The translations under genes and the position numbers were made by a program. Below, in pieces: positions 54,659 through 64,000 of a stretch of DNA of 64,000 nt. Source of the DNA: a virus. Numbering within the stretch: the stretch's first letter is position 1; every line of letters starts with the position of its first letter. The notes beneath the pieces are model-generated. The model saw nothing but the letters and a program-made list of their open reading frames with translations. It searched no databases and was not told the origin of the DNA. The stretch lies in IMG/VR virus record IMGVR_UViG_3300031087_000014; one strand, written 5' to 3'.

Positions 54659-55164
54659 AAAAGAAGTCTGAAAGAAATGCAAATGACTACTACCCAACAC
54701 CAGACTCAGCTATTGAGCCAATGTTGAATGTAATCAACTACGGTAGCATTGTAAAGGATTGGCGATTTGCTGAACCTTGCCGTGGAGAAGCAAAAGCAAT
54801 ATACAAGTACTTGCCTTTTGGAAGCGAGTACTGTGAGTTATCGGAAGGGAAAGATTATCTACTGTCTGAATGGAATGAAAAGCCAGATTGCATAATCACA
54901 AACCCGCCCTTCTCGATAGCTACCGAATTCTTAGAGAAGAGTCTTGCAGAGGCTGATGTTTGTATTTTCCTCTTGCGACTTGGCTTCTTAGAATCTGTGA
55001 GACGAAAGGAGTTCCACGATAAATATCCAGTGGATCATCTGATTGTCCTCAGTAAGCGTCCATCGTTCTCGGGAGACGGAAAAACAGACGGCACAGCTTA
55101 CGCTTGGTTTGTCTATGATCCGAAGAAGAGATTAGGACTACAAAAATCGATATATGTCGTATAA
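54643..55164 (+). CDS. small amino-DNA methyltransferase (NPPF)
   Basis: DYYPTP, EPC.G, ITNPPF and YAWF motifs. Confidence 0.8.
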   Translation: MPATLKKKSERNANDYYPTPDSAIEPMLNVINYGSIVKDWRFAEPCRGEAKAIYKYLPFGSEYCELSEGKDYLLSEWNEKPDCIITNPPFSIATEFLEKSLAEADVCIFLLRLGFLESVRRKEFHDKYPVDHLIVLSKRPSFSGDGKTDGTAYAWFVYDPKKRLGLQKSIYVV

Positions 55165-55177
55165 TTAAGGAAATATA

Positions 55178-55369
55178 ATGGCTTCATATCAGAACTACCT
55201 AGTTCGTTACAGTGTTTCACAGAAGAGCACCATCGGTGCAGGCGTTGTGAGCACTACAGAGTCAGATGCAAAAGTAGCTGGAAGCAAAGTACTAGCCTCA
55301 GCCTTCGGTGTACCTGTCTCTCAGGATAAAGTATTCGTTTCAGTAATGGATGCTCCGGTAACAACCTAA
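55178..55369 (+). CDS. hypothetical protein
   Basis: 63 aa; followed by a terminator. Confidence 0.6.
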   Translation: MASYQNYLVRYSVSQKSTIGAGVVSTTESDAKVAGSKVLASAFGVPVSQDKVFVSVMDAPVTT

Positions 55370-55413
55370 AAATCTTGCCCTCTTTCGGGAGGGCTTTTTC
55401 GTAGGAGGGAATT

Positions 55414-55611
55414 ATGCAGCAACAAGTGGAAGTAGTTCAAACCTTCACTTCAAAAGCATCCGCATTAAACTTTATGCAGTTTTTGAACGTGGATCGTATC
55501 TTACTCGATAGTACAGGCTCTGAATACAAGGTTGTATATGCCGCACTACGTAGCACAGTGGACGGTGAAGTTGTACCCAAAGAAGAAGAGACCAGTGTTA
55601 TCACCTCATAA
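55414..55611 (+). CDS. hypothetical protein
   Basis: 65 aa; GGAGG RBS. Confidence 0.6.
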   Translation: MQQQVEVVQTFTSKASALNFMQFLNVDRILLDSTGSEYKVVYAALRSTVDGEVVPKEEETSVITS

Positions 55612-55621
55612 GGGGTAATAA

Positions 55622-56209
55622 ATGCTCTTAAGTGCAAGTGGTTATGTCAGTTCCGAAATACTGACCAAAGCAATTCTACAGGCTTCAAAAGATCGTAAGC
55701 CATTGTCGTTGCCTATGTGTGTGGATTTTGATAGTGTATACCAAAGCCATATTTCGCATCTTTACGTGCGTAGAAACAACGTAGACAACGTAACAGAAAA
55801 CACATTCTATGTTACTACACCCAAGCAAGCTATCATCAATCAGTCTAAGATGGATCTCTTGCCCAAGTCAGGAGATTATTTCAGCATTCTCCCTTGTAGA
55901 AGCCTAGACGTAGAGGGGATGACGTGTTATTCTACTGAGATGTGCGTAGAGCTAATAGATTTTGGGCATAACACAATGTCTAAGATCGTAACAGAGATTA
56001 AATCTTTCCTAATCTCTCTTGGAGTACAACGGAAGTATATTGACTTCGTTATCTCAGAGAAAGAAGGAGAGGGTGTGGAAGTATGGGTAAACCTTATTAA
56101 GGTTGGTAATGTAATTTGCTTTGATACTCCTAACGGACGTACCGTTACGGTAGGAACCCTTGCAAAAGAACCTTTATTGTCTTATGCTGTAGAGGTGTCA
56201 ACAAGTTAA
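55622..56209 (+). CDS. hypothetical protein
   Basis: 195 aa ORF. Confidence 0.7.
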   Translation: MLLSASGYVSSEILTKAILQASKDRKPLSLPMCVDFDSVYQSHISHLYVRRNNVDNVTENTFYVTTPKQAIINQSKMDLLPKSGDYFSILPCRSLDVEGMTCYSTEMCVELIDFGHNTMSKIVTEIKSFLISLGVQRKYIDFVISEKEGEGVEVWVNLIKVGNVICFDTPNGRTVTVGTLAKEPLLSYAVEVSTS

Positions 56210-56221
56210 ACGGAGGTAGTA

Positions 56222-56980
56222 ATGTTTCAGCAAAATATTAAAGAGGGTGATGGTAAACGAGTTTTAGTGTTTGGTGATGTTCACGGAGCCTGGCACTTGC
56301 TGGAAAAGGCTATCCACGATCTAGCTATTGAAAAGGGAGATGTAAAAGTCTTTCTTGGTGATCTAACAGACCGAGGAACCGAAAACCTCAAGTGTGTTGA
56401 CTACGCGGTTAACACAGAAAACTCATATGTTGTTCGCGGTAATCACGACGATATGTTGATTCAAGGTTTGCTGGAAGGGGATCAGAGAAACTATCTGGGA
56501 TGGTTACAGAACGGTGGAAAGACCGTATTAGCAGAAGTTGGTGAAGAGGGTAGTACTTGTTTGGCAGTGATGCTGGAGAACAAGTCTTATTACCTCATTA
56601 CGATGGAAGTTAATAGTAAGATGTACGCTTTCAGCCACGCAGAATACCCGCTGGAGTTGGAAGAAGTGCCACCTCAAGCTTTGGAAAAAGTTCTTGAGCG
56701 CGTTTATCCTGATGACCTCGATCAAGCGAAAGCAGAGATTGCTCAAATGCTTTGCTGGAACAGAACTATTATTGGTGCGATTGAGCAAGGATATAAACTT
56801 CCTGACGTACCTGGCGTGGAGATGATTTTCCACGGACATACTGGAGTGAAAGAGCCTGTTATTCACGGCAACCGAGCCTATATCGATACGGGATCAGTGT
56901 TCACCCAGAAACTTACAGTGGCTGTTATCGAACCTGACGGCGAGATCTGGTATTACAATACCAAAATGGAGGAGCTATAA
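56222..56980 (+). CDS. Ser/Thr protein phosphatase (NinI/PphA-like)
   Basis: GDVHG, GDLTDRG, RGNHD, HGHT and IDTGS motifs. Confidence 0.88.
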   Translation: MFQQNIKEGDGKRVLVFGDVHGAWHLLEKAIHDLAIEKGDVKVFLGDLTDRGTENLKCVDYAVNTENSYVVRGNHDDMLIQGLLEGDQRNYLGWLQNGGKTVLAEVGEEGSTCLAVMLENKSYYLITMEVNSKMYAFSHAEYPLELEEVPPQALEKVLERVYPDDLDQAKAEIAQMLCWNRTIIGAIEQGYKLPDVPGVEMIFHGHTGVKEPVIHGNRAYIDTGSVFTQKLTVAVIEPDGEIWYYNTKMEEL

Positions 56981-57202
56981 ATGTTCAAGATTAAAGTAAT
57001 TAAGAAAGTCGGAGATGTGGAAACCATTGTTGAAGTGGATACAGATAGCGTTGATATGGCCTTAGCCATTCTACGCCACAACGATGTTATTTCAATTACC
57101 AGCGATGTACCAAACCGTAATATTGATTTCGATTGGCAAGATTTCATTCGGAAGTCTAAAGAATACGGTTTACCCCAGACGCCTATGACGATCACTTGTT
57201 AA
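56981..57202 (+). CDS. hypothetical protein
   Basis: 73 aa ORF. Confidence 0.6.
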   Translation: MFKIKVIKKVGDVETIVEVDTDSVDMALAILRHNDVISITSDVPNRNIDFDWQDFIRKSKEYGLPQTPMTITC

Positions 57203-57212
57203 GGAGGTAAAA

Positions 57213-57932
57213 GTGCTAGTTGGAGAACTTCCACCAGAAGTAAGAGAGTTGCATCACCTCTTGTGGAAATATGCAGATAAGTATAATCTGTCTTTTGAAG
57301 AGGCTGTATCTGAGGTAACAAGATTATCTCGGGAGTTTCAGGATTCCCAGGAAGAGCAGTCTCAAGAAGGCCCGAGCAACTTGCTAGCATACACTGGTGT
57401 GGGCAGTCGTGAAGTGAGTGATGAAGAGTTTGACCTTATGGAAGCCGTTGCAAAGTGGTTAGCTGGTCAAGGCTATGTATTGCGTAGCGGAAAAGCTCTA
57501 GGGAGCGACAGTGCCTTTGAAAGCGGTGTAAACCTTGCAGGCGATATCTCTAAGAAAGAGATCTACACTCCTTGGGAAAAGTTTAACGGCAATGACTTGG
57601 AAGGCGAAACAATCCCTCTGGGTAAACCTTCTACTGTTGATTTTGGAATCTCGTTGAAACTTGTACGAGAGATCCATCCAGCAGCAGACAGATTATCTCA
57701 GGGTGCGCTAAAACTTCATCAACGTAACTGCCACCAAGTGTTAGGTAAAAGCCTGGAGAATCCTATTCCTTCACGTTTTCTGCTTGCCTGTGGTAAAGAA
57801 GATAAGGACGGAAATGTTCAAGGTGGTACTCGTACTGCTTGGATGCTAGCTAAGAAATATGGCGTCCCTTGCCTGAACATTCGAGGGAAGACGAAGAAAG
57901 AGATCTTCGCTTTCCTTAAGCAAGTGATGTAA
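57213..57932 (+). CDS. SLOG/DprA-like nucleotide-binding protein
   Basis: YTGVGSR, SGKALGSDSAF, RNCHQ and GGT motifs. Confidence 0.7.
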   Translation: MLVGELPPEVRELHHLLWKYADKYNLSFEEAVSEVTRLSREFQDSQEEQSQEGPSNLLAYTGVGSREVSDEEFDLMEAVAKWLAGQGYVLRSGKALGSDSAFESGVNLAGDISKKEIYTPWEKFNGNDLEGETIPLGKPSTVDFGISLKLVREIHPAADRLSQGALKLHQRNCHQVLGKSLENPIPSRFLLACGKEDKDGNVQGGTRTAWMLAKKYGVPCLNIRGKTKKEIFAFLKQVM

Positions 57933-58002
57933 CATATCAGGGGCACAACTGTTTAAATAGCGGTTAGTGTCCTTAATCAAACACCCTACAGAGGAGAAGA
58001 AT

Positions 58003-58287
58003 ATGTCAGAACATATAATTGCAGAAAATGGAATGGAAGCTAGCTTTGTAAAAAGCTGGGAAGGTTGGGATGAAATGGATACCTCCGATCTCTATTTCTA
58101 TGACGTAAAGCTGCTGCCAGGTATTTTCCCTGCACACGTCTACGAACGTGAAGCAGAAGTTAAAGCTTCCGGTGGTCAGATTGATCTAGGTATCTGGGGC
58201 CAAACCAGTGTTATCGAACTTTATGACGGCAACGAAGAGCCAATCTTCAAATCTCAGTTTAAACTCGTATTAGTGGAGGAAGTATAA
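58003..58287 (+). CDS. hypothetical protein
   Basis: GAGGAG RBS, ATG at 58003. Confidence 0.65.
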   Translation: MSEHIIAENGMEASFVKSWEGWDEMDTSDLYFYDVKLLPGIFPAHVYEREAEVKASGGQIDLGIWGQTSVIELYDGNEEPIFKSQFKLVLVEEV

Positions 58288-58706
58288 TGGCAAAGTTAGG
58301 TGAAGTATTTATTGATCGTTGGGATGACGAAGCTTATATCTGTATCTATGACGGAAAGACACGTCTTGATCAAGCAAATCCTACTCAGCTTGTAGATTGG
58401 AACTTTGATCCAGAAGCTTTGGATGAACACGTTTCAGAATACCCAGGCACAGCAGCATACCTTAGCGAATACGGTGATGTGGAAGACTACGATAGTATGA
58501 TGGATGATCGCAACTTACGTTCTCAGAGTGATATTGAAGAAGGCAAAAAGCTATACAAGAAAATCAAGAAAGCCTTAAAGCAAGTAGAAGGTTTAGATTT
58601 AGATAACCTAATTCTTTCTGATGGTGTTGTCTACAACGGTAACAGTGCGTGTTGTGATTACATCCAAGGTACTTATGCTTGGTGTTCAAGTTCAATGGAG
58701 TGCTAA
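58287..58706 (+). CDS. hypothetical acidic protein
   Basis: 139 aa; ends WCSSSMEC. Confidence 0.7.
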   Translation: MAKLGEVFIDRWDDEAYICIYDGKTRLDQANPTQLVDWNFDPEALDEHVSEYPGTAAYLSEYGDVEDYDSMMDDRNLRSQSDIEEGKKLYKKIKKALKQVEGLDLDNLILSDGVVYNGNSACCDYIQGTYAWCSSSMEC

Positions 58707-59168
58707 ATGATTGCATACAAAGAGCCAACAAAACGTTTTAATATTGACAAGCTTCAATTTTCAGACTATGGCTCTGCGTTGACAAAGTTACTGTTTGATC
58801 GTCTTCCTTCCGCTATGAAGATCGAACTATCCACCTCCGATGTGTTTCACAGACCTTCGGAGGAACCGATAAAATTGGTTCAGTATACTTTTGATGCAGA
58901 GTTAGATAAACAGGACATTCGGGAACTAGGATTCATTGCACAAGGGCTGACTCCAGATCACGGAACTTTCTTTGAGAAGATCCTGACAGTTATCTACAAT
59001 CAGATTCACGCCGAAGTGAAGCATTTGTTTGAGCACGGAGTTCCGAAGGATTTTCAGACTTTAGTATTCCAAGCAAACCCAGCCGGATATGCTATCACCG
59101 GATATGTCAGGGATAATACAATCAGCATTACAACCGTGTTTAAGGTGGTGTCTAATGTTACAAACTAA
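58707..59168 (+). CDS. hypothetical protein
   Basis: 153 aa ORF. Confidence 0.7.
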   Translation: MIAYKEPTKRFNIDKLQFSDYGSALTKLLFDRLPSAMKIELSTSDVFHRPSEEPIKLVQYTFDAELDKQDIRELGFIAQGLTPDHGTFFEKILTVIYNQIHAEVKHLFEHGVPKDFQTLVFQANPAGYAITGYVRDNTISITTVFKVVSNVTN

Positions 59169-59694
59169 GGTAATATCTCTGGTTGCTGGCCCTGGGGCTG
59201 GCAAATCCACTACAGCCGCTGGTATCTTCCATAATATGAAGATCGACCAGAAGTACAAGGTGGAGTTGGTTACTGAGGTAATCAAAGATGCAGTGTATGA
59301 TGACAATACAGGTATGCTGGATGACCAATTACTGCTAACTGCAACTCAGAACCACGCCCTGCATCGTTTAGTCGGAAAGGTAGATTACGTTATCAGTGAT
59401 GCTTGTCTTCTAAATGGTATCGTGTATAATCGTTTTTACAATACGCCAAGTATCTTGGATAATCTGATTCTCACCTTATTCAAGGACTACGACAATACAG
59501 TAATTATGTTGCCTCGTAAGGCAAAGTATGAGGGATACGGCAGAAGCCAGACAGAACAAGAAGCCAAGGATATTGACCAACTTTTCATTGACGTTCTGGA
59601 GGAACTTGGTGTACCATATCACGACTTAAGACAATGTGGACTCACCACAAGAGAGTTACCACTTCATATCATCGACTTAATTGGAGGTAAATAA
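59155..59694 (+). CDS. P-loop nucleotide kinase (NadR/AAA_28-like)
   Basis: GPGAGKST, ISDA and GRSQ motifs. Confidence 0.65.
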   Translation: MLQTKVISLVAGPGAGKSTTAAGIFHNMKIDQKYKVELVTEVIKDAVYDDNTGMLDDQLLLTATQNHALHRLVGKVDYVISDACLLNGIVYNRFYNTPSILDNLILTLFKDYDNTVIMLPRKAKYEGYGRSQTEQEAKDIDQLFIDVLEELGVPYHDLRQCGLTTRELPLHIIDLIGGK

Positions 59695-59891
59695 TGGATT
59701 CAACTAAAGCACGTAAGGTAGTACAGAATGCAATCAACTCTATCACCCCTAACCTGACAGAGGGCCGTAACAGCTTCACTCTGGAAGACGGTGTTGAAGT
59801 TGTTATCAATGTACCTCAGAAAGAGGTAGAGTCTCACGAAGAATCTTGGTGGGAATCCTCAGAAGAATATTGGGACGATAGTGGTTGCTAA
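59694..59891 (+). CDS. hypothetical protein
   Basis: 65 aa; ends YWDDSGC. Confidence 0.6.
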   Translation: MDSTKARKVVQNAINSITPNLTEGRNSFTLEDGVEVVINVPQKEVESHEESWWESSEEYWDDSGC

Positions 59892-59908
59892 TCCCAACAA
59901 TATTTGAT

Positions 59909-59932
59909 AGCCTACTTCGGTAGGCTTTTTTA
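59909..59932 (+). terminator. terminator
   Basis: AGCCTACTTCGGTAGGCTTTTTT. Confidence 0.75.
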
Positions 59933-59949
59933 CGTTAGGAGGAAATGAA

Positions 59950-60210
59950 ATGAGAGCAGTATCTGGTGATTGTGTTTTTGGTGGATGTATAGCGATTGTA
60001 TTTGGTTTGGACGATGAATACCCTATGGGTGCTACAGTTCACGTCCAGCATCGTATAGATGAAAACCCTATCTGGTTTTGCATCTATGACTGTCCAGTAG
60101 ACGGCTACAAAGAAGTATACCTGGATGAAAAGAATCTGAGTCGAGTCACCCCAGAAGACGAGGATACGATTGAGCGTTATTGGGGATCTAATGGAGGTGT
60201 GTATGCGTGA
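59950..60210 (+). CDS. hypothetical protein
   Basis: 86 aa; AGGAGG RBS. Confidence 0.65.
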   Translation: MRAVSGDCVFGGCIAIVFGLDDEYPMGATVHVQHRIDENPIWFCIYDCPVDGYKEVYLDEKNLSRVTPEDEDTIERYWGSNGGVYA

Positions 60211-60397
60211 CATTGTTTTTATGATTATTGATGAACACGGAATTCCAACGTGGTTCCCTACGACTGCTCTGGCTAACCACTATATTGAAAAGAGTGGGCT
60301 GGAGGGATACACAGAGATTCATCGTATCGATATCCCTAAGATCCAAGAGGAACTACTTACCTCTAAAGAATCCATCGAAGAACTGTTTAACTTTTAG
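60203..60397 (+). CDS. hypothetical protein
   Basis: GGAGG RBS, ATG at 60203. Confidence 0.55.
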   Translation: MRDIVFMIIDEHGIPTWFPTTALANHYIEKSGLEGYTEIHRIDIPKIQEELLTSKESIEELFNF

Positions 60398-60494
60398 GAG
60401 AACGTATGTCACTACACTTGCACGGCTTAGGTAACGTTTTAATATTCGCTGTCATCCTCGTAATAGCTTGGGAATGGTGGAAACGGAGTTAACA

Positions 60495-60645
60495 AGAGGA
60501 GCCTAACGGCTCCTTTTCTTTTATATAAGACACTCTAAGAGCCTCTAACAGGTCAGCAATACGTTTCCCTACCTTAGAATCATAAAACCTCTTAGAATCG
60601 CTCCCACGAATCGTAGGCAATAAAAAAGGAGCCTTTCGGCTCCCT
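60495..60645. terminator. convergent terminator pair
   Basis: AGGAGCC-TAAC-GGCTCCT plus T run (plus strand); GGAGCCGAAAGGCTCC plus T run (minus strand). Confidence 0.65.
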
Positions 60646-60648
60646 CTC

Positions 60649-61467
60649 TCATCCTTCCAGATGCTTTTCGATAATCTCACAGAACTCTGGGTCACTGAAA
60701 ACGTCTCCAGCGCCTTTCCTCCAGATTTTACCTCCTGCCTCTTGGATGATCTGCTCTTCGTTATACAAACCGTGAGGGTTTACCTCGTGTACCTGCAAAC
60801 CAAACCTACGGGCCTTCGGGATCAGTTCACTCCAGAAGTTAATCACTAAGTTAGAGCAACCTACAACAACCACCATATCTTGAACTGTCAGATTATCCAG
60901 AACGTGATACATCTCAGTGTAAGCTGGGGCATTCTCGTAGAAGAACACAATGTTAGGCTTAACAAAGAAGTGCTCAGAAACATCCACAGCATTATATCCA
61001 ACATCGATTACACGCCTAGGATCGCCAGGTGAGTCTTGGGTAATCACTTCTGGCAAATAACCGTGAATATGGAGGATATCAGATTTAACACCAGCACGTT
61101 CCAACAGGTTATCAACGTTAGTAGTCAGGTTAATCACTTGACCAGGGAAACGGTTAGCCCATTCTGCAATACGGCAATGAGCTAAGTTTGGCTCAACAGT
61201 ACCCAATTCTTCGCGGCGCTTGTTGTAAAACTCATTGGTTAGAGTGTACAGGTCAATGCCTTTATCATTTTCATACAGCCAGTGAGCCTTAACCTCTGAT
61301 CCAGTATACTTCTCAAAACCTGCACGGAAAGCGCGTAAGTCGCAAACCTCTCCAATATCGTATTCGTCCCACATACTTCTACCGGAAGCGGTGTCGGTAC
61401 GGAAAGCTCGTACTCCACTCTCAACACTAAGTCCCGCACCACTGATTACTATTAAACGTCTAGGCAT
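60649..61467 (-). CDS. Sir2-family NAD-dependent deacylase
   Basis: SGAGLSVESG..FR, TTNVDNLLERAG, HIHG and KPNIVFF motifs. Confidence 0.9.
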   Translation of the reverse strand: MPRRLIVISGAGLSVESGVRAFRTDTASGRSMWDEYDIGEVCDLRAFRAGFEKYTGSEVKAHWLYENDKGIDLYTLTNEFYNKRREELGTVEPNLAHCRIAEWANRFPGQVINLTTNVDNLLERAGVKSDILHIHGYLPEVITQDSPGDPRRVIDVGYNAVDVSEHFFVKPNIVFFYENAPAYTEMYHVLDNLTVQDMVVVVGCSNLVINFWSELIPKARRFGLQVHEVNPHGLYNEEQIIQEAGGKIWRKGAGDVFSDPEFCEIIEKHLEG

Positions 61468-61738
61468 CTTTCTTTTCCTCCAACTTGATAGTTTCTTTTT
61501 TGACAACACGACCGCTAAACTCCTGACGGTATGTGTAGTATTTCATTGCAATAATACGTCTTGCTTCAATCTCAGTGCAAACCTCTACAACATCAACCCA
61601 CTTAGAGAAGTAGGTGATAATGTCCACGAGAGCACTCATACCGAAACGGCGTTTCTGCACCATATAGGTAGGTGGCCCAGAATCGTGATGCAGTTTCTGT
61701 AACCGGAACATCTGGGACTTTGTTTTCATTTCTGACAT
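61460..61738 (-). CDS. hypothetical protein
   Basis: ORF overlapping both neighbours. Confidence 0.6.
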   Translation of the reverse strand: MSEMKTKSQMFRLQKLHHDSGPPTYMVQKRRFGMSALVDIITYFSKWVDVVEVCTEIEARRIIAMKYYTYRQEFSGRVVKKETIKLEEKKDA

Positions 61739-62388
61739 TCTTTCCTCCAATCATCGTAAGCCTGCTGATCCCCATAAGCCACGTACACCTGTATATTCTC
61801 AATAGGAGTATCGTGATCCTGCCAACGGATACTACCACCATACTTACTACCAGGGAAAGTGAATTCTGCGATCTTAGTGAACATTGGGTAATCACACTGC
61901 CACTTAGTAACCTCATACTCAGGGAAGTTCTTCTCAACGTAAGCTTTAAAGTCTTCTCCAGCCTTAAAGAATCCATCTAAGTAGTGTGCGTGTTGCTCTA
62001 CTTCTTTCATATTGAGATAGATGTGCTTACGGTTAGGACTTTCCACAAGTTCATCGGGGATGTACAAACCATCCATATGATCAGGGTATTCTTTTTCCAA
62101 CTCGTCGTACTCCTCCCGTGTCACTGGTTCGTTCATCCGGCGCTGCCAGTATTCACTGTAAATATACCAGCCTTCCTCTAAGAAAGCCTTCTCCGGCACA
62201 TACCCCAAAACAGCCCACTTGTCAAACTTAGGATCACGTTTGACGGAGTATTCAGTTTCTTCGTAGTAGTGGCCCATACGACTAGCTCCTAAACGTCGAG
62301 CCTGCAATCCGTGAGTAGCGAATACAATAACAGCACCATCTTCATAATCAGGTGCAGTGACAACAAAAGCTCTAGCAATATTTTCCAT
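61726..62388 (-). CDS. hypothetical protein
   Basis: GGAGG RBS, ATG at 62388. Confidence 0.7.
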   Translation of the reverse strand: MENIARAFVVTAPDYEDGAVIVFATHGLQARRLGASRMGHYYEETEYSVKRDPKFDKWAVLGYVPEKAFLEEGWYIYSEYWQRRMNEPVTREEYDELEKEYPDHMDGLYIPDELVESPNRKHIYLNMKEVEQHAHYLDGFFKAGEDFKAYVEKNFPEYEVTKWQCDYPMFTKIAEFTFPGSKYGGSIRWQDHDTPIENIQVYVAYGDQQAYDDWRKECQK

Positions 62389-62441
62389 TATTTTCCTCCA
62401 GAAACGACAAAAGGAGAAGGTATCACACCCTCTCCTTAGAA

Positions 62442-62888
62442 TCAACCTTCGATTACAACACTTACTTTGTTTTTCTGACCAAACTCGTCATAGTAGAACA
62501 CTTCAAACCCTTCGAGAGAATGGTAAATACCATCCATATCGTAATCTTCGGGCCAGCTTTCGATCCAATCCCCTCCAATATACTTGTCGTAGTTTTCCAC
62601 ATTCTCGTAAGAGTCATAACCACCTTTACCGTTCCGATACAGGTTTGCACAGTCAACCAAGAACTGTAAAAACTCGTACATAGATTCAGTTTCAGTAACA
62701 GGGAAAGCTTTCTCTTCGATAATCTCACCATCTGCATCTCCAATCATAAACTTGGCACTCACCAAGTAAGAGTTGAAGAACCGAGGTGCCACGCTTTCAG
62801 CAATCATTACAGTTCGCACCTTTCCGAGAGGTGGCTGTCTGAAAGCAGGTGAAATAAAACCTTTATGCACTTTAATAGAATTCTTCAT
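62442..62888 (-). CDS. hypothetical protein
   Basis: GGAGG RBS, ATG at 62888. Confidence 0.7.
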   Translation of the reverse strand: MKNSIKVHKGFISPAFRQPPLGKVRTVMIAESVAPRFFNSYLVSAKFMIGDADGEIIEEKAFPVTETESMYEFLQFLVDCANLYRNGKGGYDSYENVENYDKYIGGDWIESWPEDYDMDGIYHSLEGFEVFYYDEFGQKNKVSVVIEG

Positions 62889-63151
62889 CTTCCCTCCTGT
62901 TATGCCCAACGGATATGAACGATCATTTCATAAATTAACCACACTGTACCGACGATACTTGCAATAGCTCCCACACCCGCCATAATGAACAGGATCATAA
63001 ACATCCCTTCCCAGCCTTTACCGAACATCTTCTTTCTCCTCTAATAGTTTGCGTAAACGCAACACTTCATAAGCCAAAACTCGCTCCAGACCGTTACGGC
63101 TATCGTCCCGAAGGTGAACAAGCAACTCTTCTGTTAGTTCTAATTGTTTCA

Positions 63152-63322
63152 TTACTTTCTGCTCCAAGTGATTTCAATAACATCGTAGTCATCTGCAATC
63201 TCGGCATTCATCTTATTAAGAATACAATCCCAAGCCGCAGCCTTCGAAGAGAAAATTAGAAACTGCTTAGTTTCATTCTGCCAAGCAATACCGTCTTTTT
63301 CTTTATGATAGACTGCCCACAT
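63152..63322 (-). CDS. hypothetical protein
   Basis: GGAGG RBS, ATG at 63322. Confidence 0.55.
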   Translation of the reverse strand: MWAVYHKEKDGIAWQNETKQFLIFSSKAAAWDCILNKMNAEIADDYDVIEITWSRK

Positions 63323-63488
63323 AGTCACCTCCAATACGTCAACCATATACCACCAGCAATTATCAGACAGGTAAGAATACCAAATGTCCATCTTGCCCAG
63401 CGGCGCTCAAGTAATCCAGGAAACTCAATGATAGCCTCAAACATACAAGCAATCAACTGAAAGATTGCCTCAATGATTTCTCCTTCCA

Positions 63489-64000
63489 TTAGCTATTCTC
63501 TAAGAACACAGCTTGGGCAAAGCCCCGAGGAGTGAGAGAGCGGATCATTTTAGTCTTTGCAGACTTGCCTCCCAACTTTTTGTATTGTACAGAGAATCCT
63601 TCATCTAAGTCAACAGGTTTCTTCTCTGGCATCTTAAAGCCTTCGCTCACCCACAGACAGGTTTTCTTTGGATAAGCATCTCTTGCCTTGATAAACTCAG
63701 GGAAAGCCGGATGCTGGTCGTCTTCCGGTAAATAACCACCATACTCGTGAGGGTTAAATATGTGGTTTGGCTTTCTCCACATAGAAGACAGAACACTTAC
63801 GGGATTCTCGATCATATACTCTGCCATATATTTCTCAGCCAGTTCCGCAGCAATCTTAGCAGTAGCAACAGCCTTCTCCTGGAACAGAGGATCTTTCTCC
63901 CGCTTAGCTTCAAAATGACGAGCACCACTTACAGCCATATCAGTGCAAGGAGGAAAGGCAAAGATTAGATCTGGAGCCTCAATCATCACACCGTTTACAC
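63489..64000 (-). CDS. C5-cytosine DNA methyltransferase-like protein (N-terminus outside window)
   Basis: AFPPCT (motif IV) and IENPV (motif VI). Confidence 0.75.
   Translation of the reverse strand, partial: VNGVMIEAPDLIFAFPPCTDMAVSGARHFEAKREKDPLFQEKAVATAKIAAELAEKYMAEYMIENPVSVLSSMWRKPNHIFNPHEYGGYLPEDDQHPAFPEFIKARDAYPKKTCLWVSEGFKMPEKKPVDLDEGFSVQYKKLGGKSAKTKMIRSLTPRGFAQAVFLENS

Noticed and set aside
1791-63968. Many antisense or alternate-frame ORFs of 60-157 aa nested in larger genes
   Set aside because: Shadow ORFs with no RBS or recognisable motifs

Overview
A 64 kb segment of a lytic myovirus genome. The gene set and order suggest a phi92/phAPEC8-like enterobacterial phage (Stephanstirmvirinae-like); this is inference, as no database search was run. 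Bases 1-13.8 kb (minus strand) hold the virion module: tape-measure N-terminus, a tail chaperone with a -1 frameshift, tail tube and sheath, neck and head genes, portal, an intein-containing terminase and spanins. Bases 14.3-19.3 kb (minus) hold an RNA cluster of about 20 tRNAs interleaved with about seven non-canonical tRNA-scaffold RNAs (most ending in CCA) and a ~500-nt structured spacer that contains a complete type I hammerhead ribozyme core. Bases 20-23.7 kb hold a PRS-like plus NAMPT-like pair (NARP1-type NAD+ reconstitution) behind four tandem paralogous mini-proteins. The strand switch at about 23.8-24.0 kb carries four GAA-triloop/tandem-GA DNA hairpins. Bases 24-60 kb (plus) hold an RNA-repair cluster, DNA ligase, nucleases, two adenine methyltransferase-like genes, tk, thyX, nrdAB, a complete rmlBACD dTDP-L-rhamnose pathway, glutaredoxin, endolysin, PhoH and many small ORFs. 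Bases 60.6-64 kb (minus) hold Sir2, small ORFs and a partial C5 methyltransferase. The strongest candidate for an undescribed system is the hammerhead plus tRNA-mimic RNA array, possibly working with the phage RNA healing/sealing enzymes.
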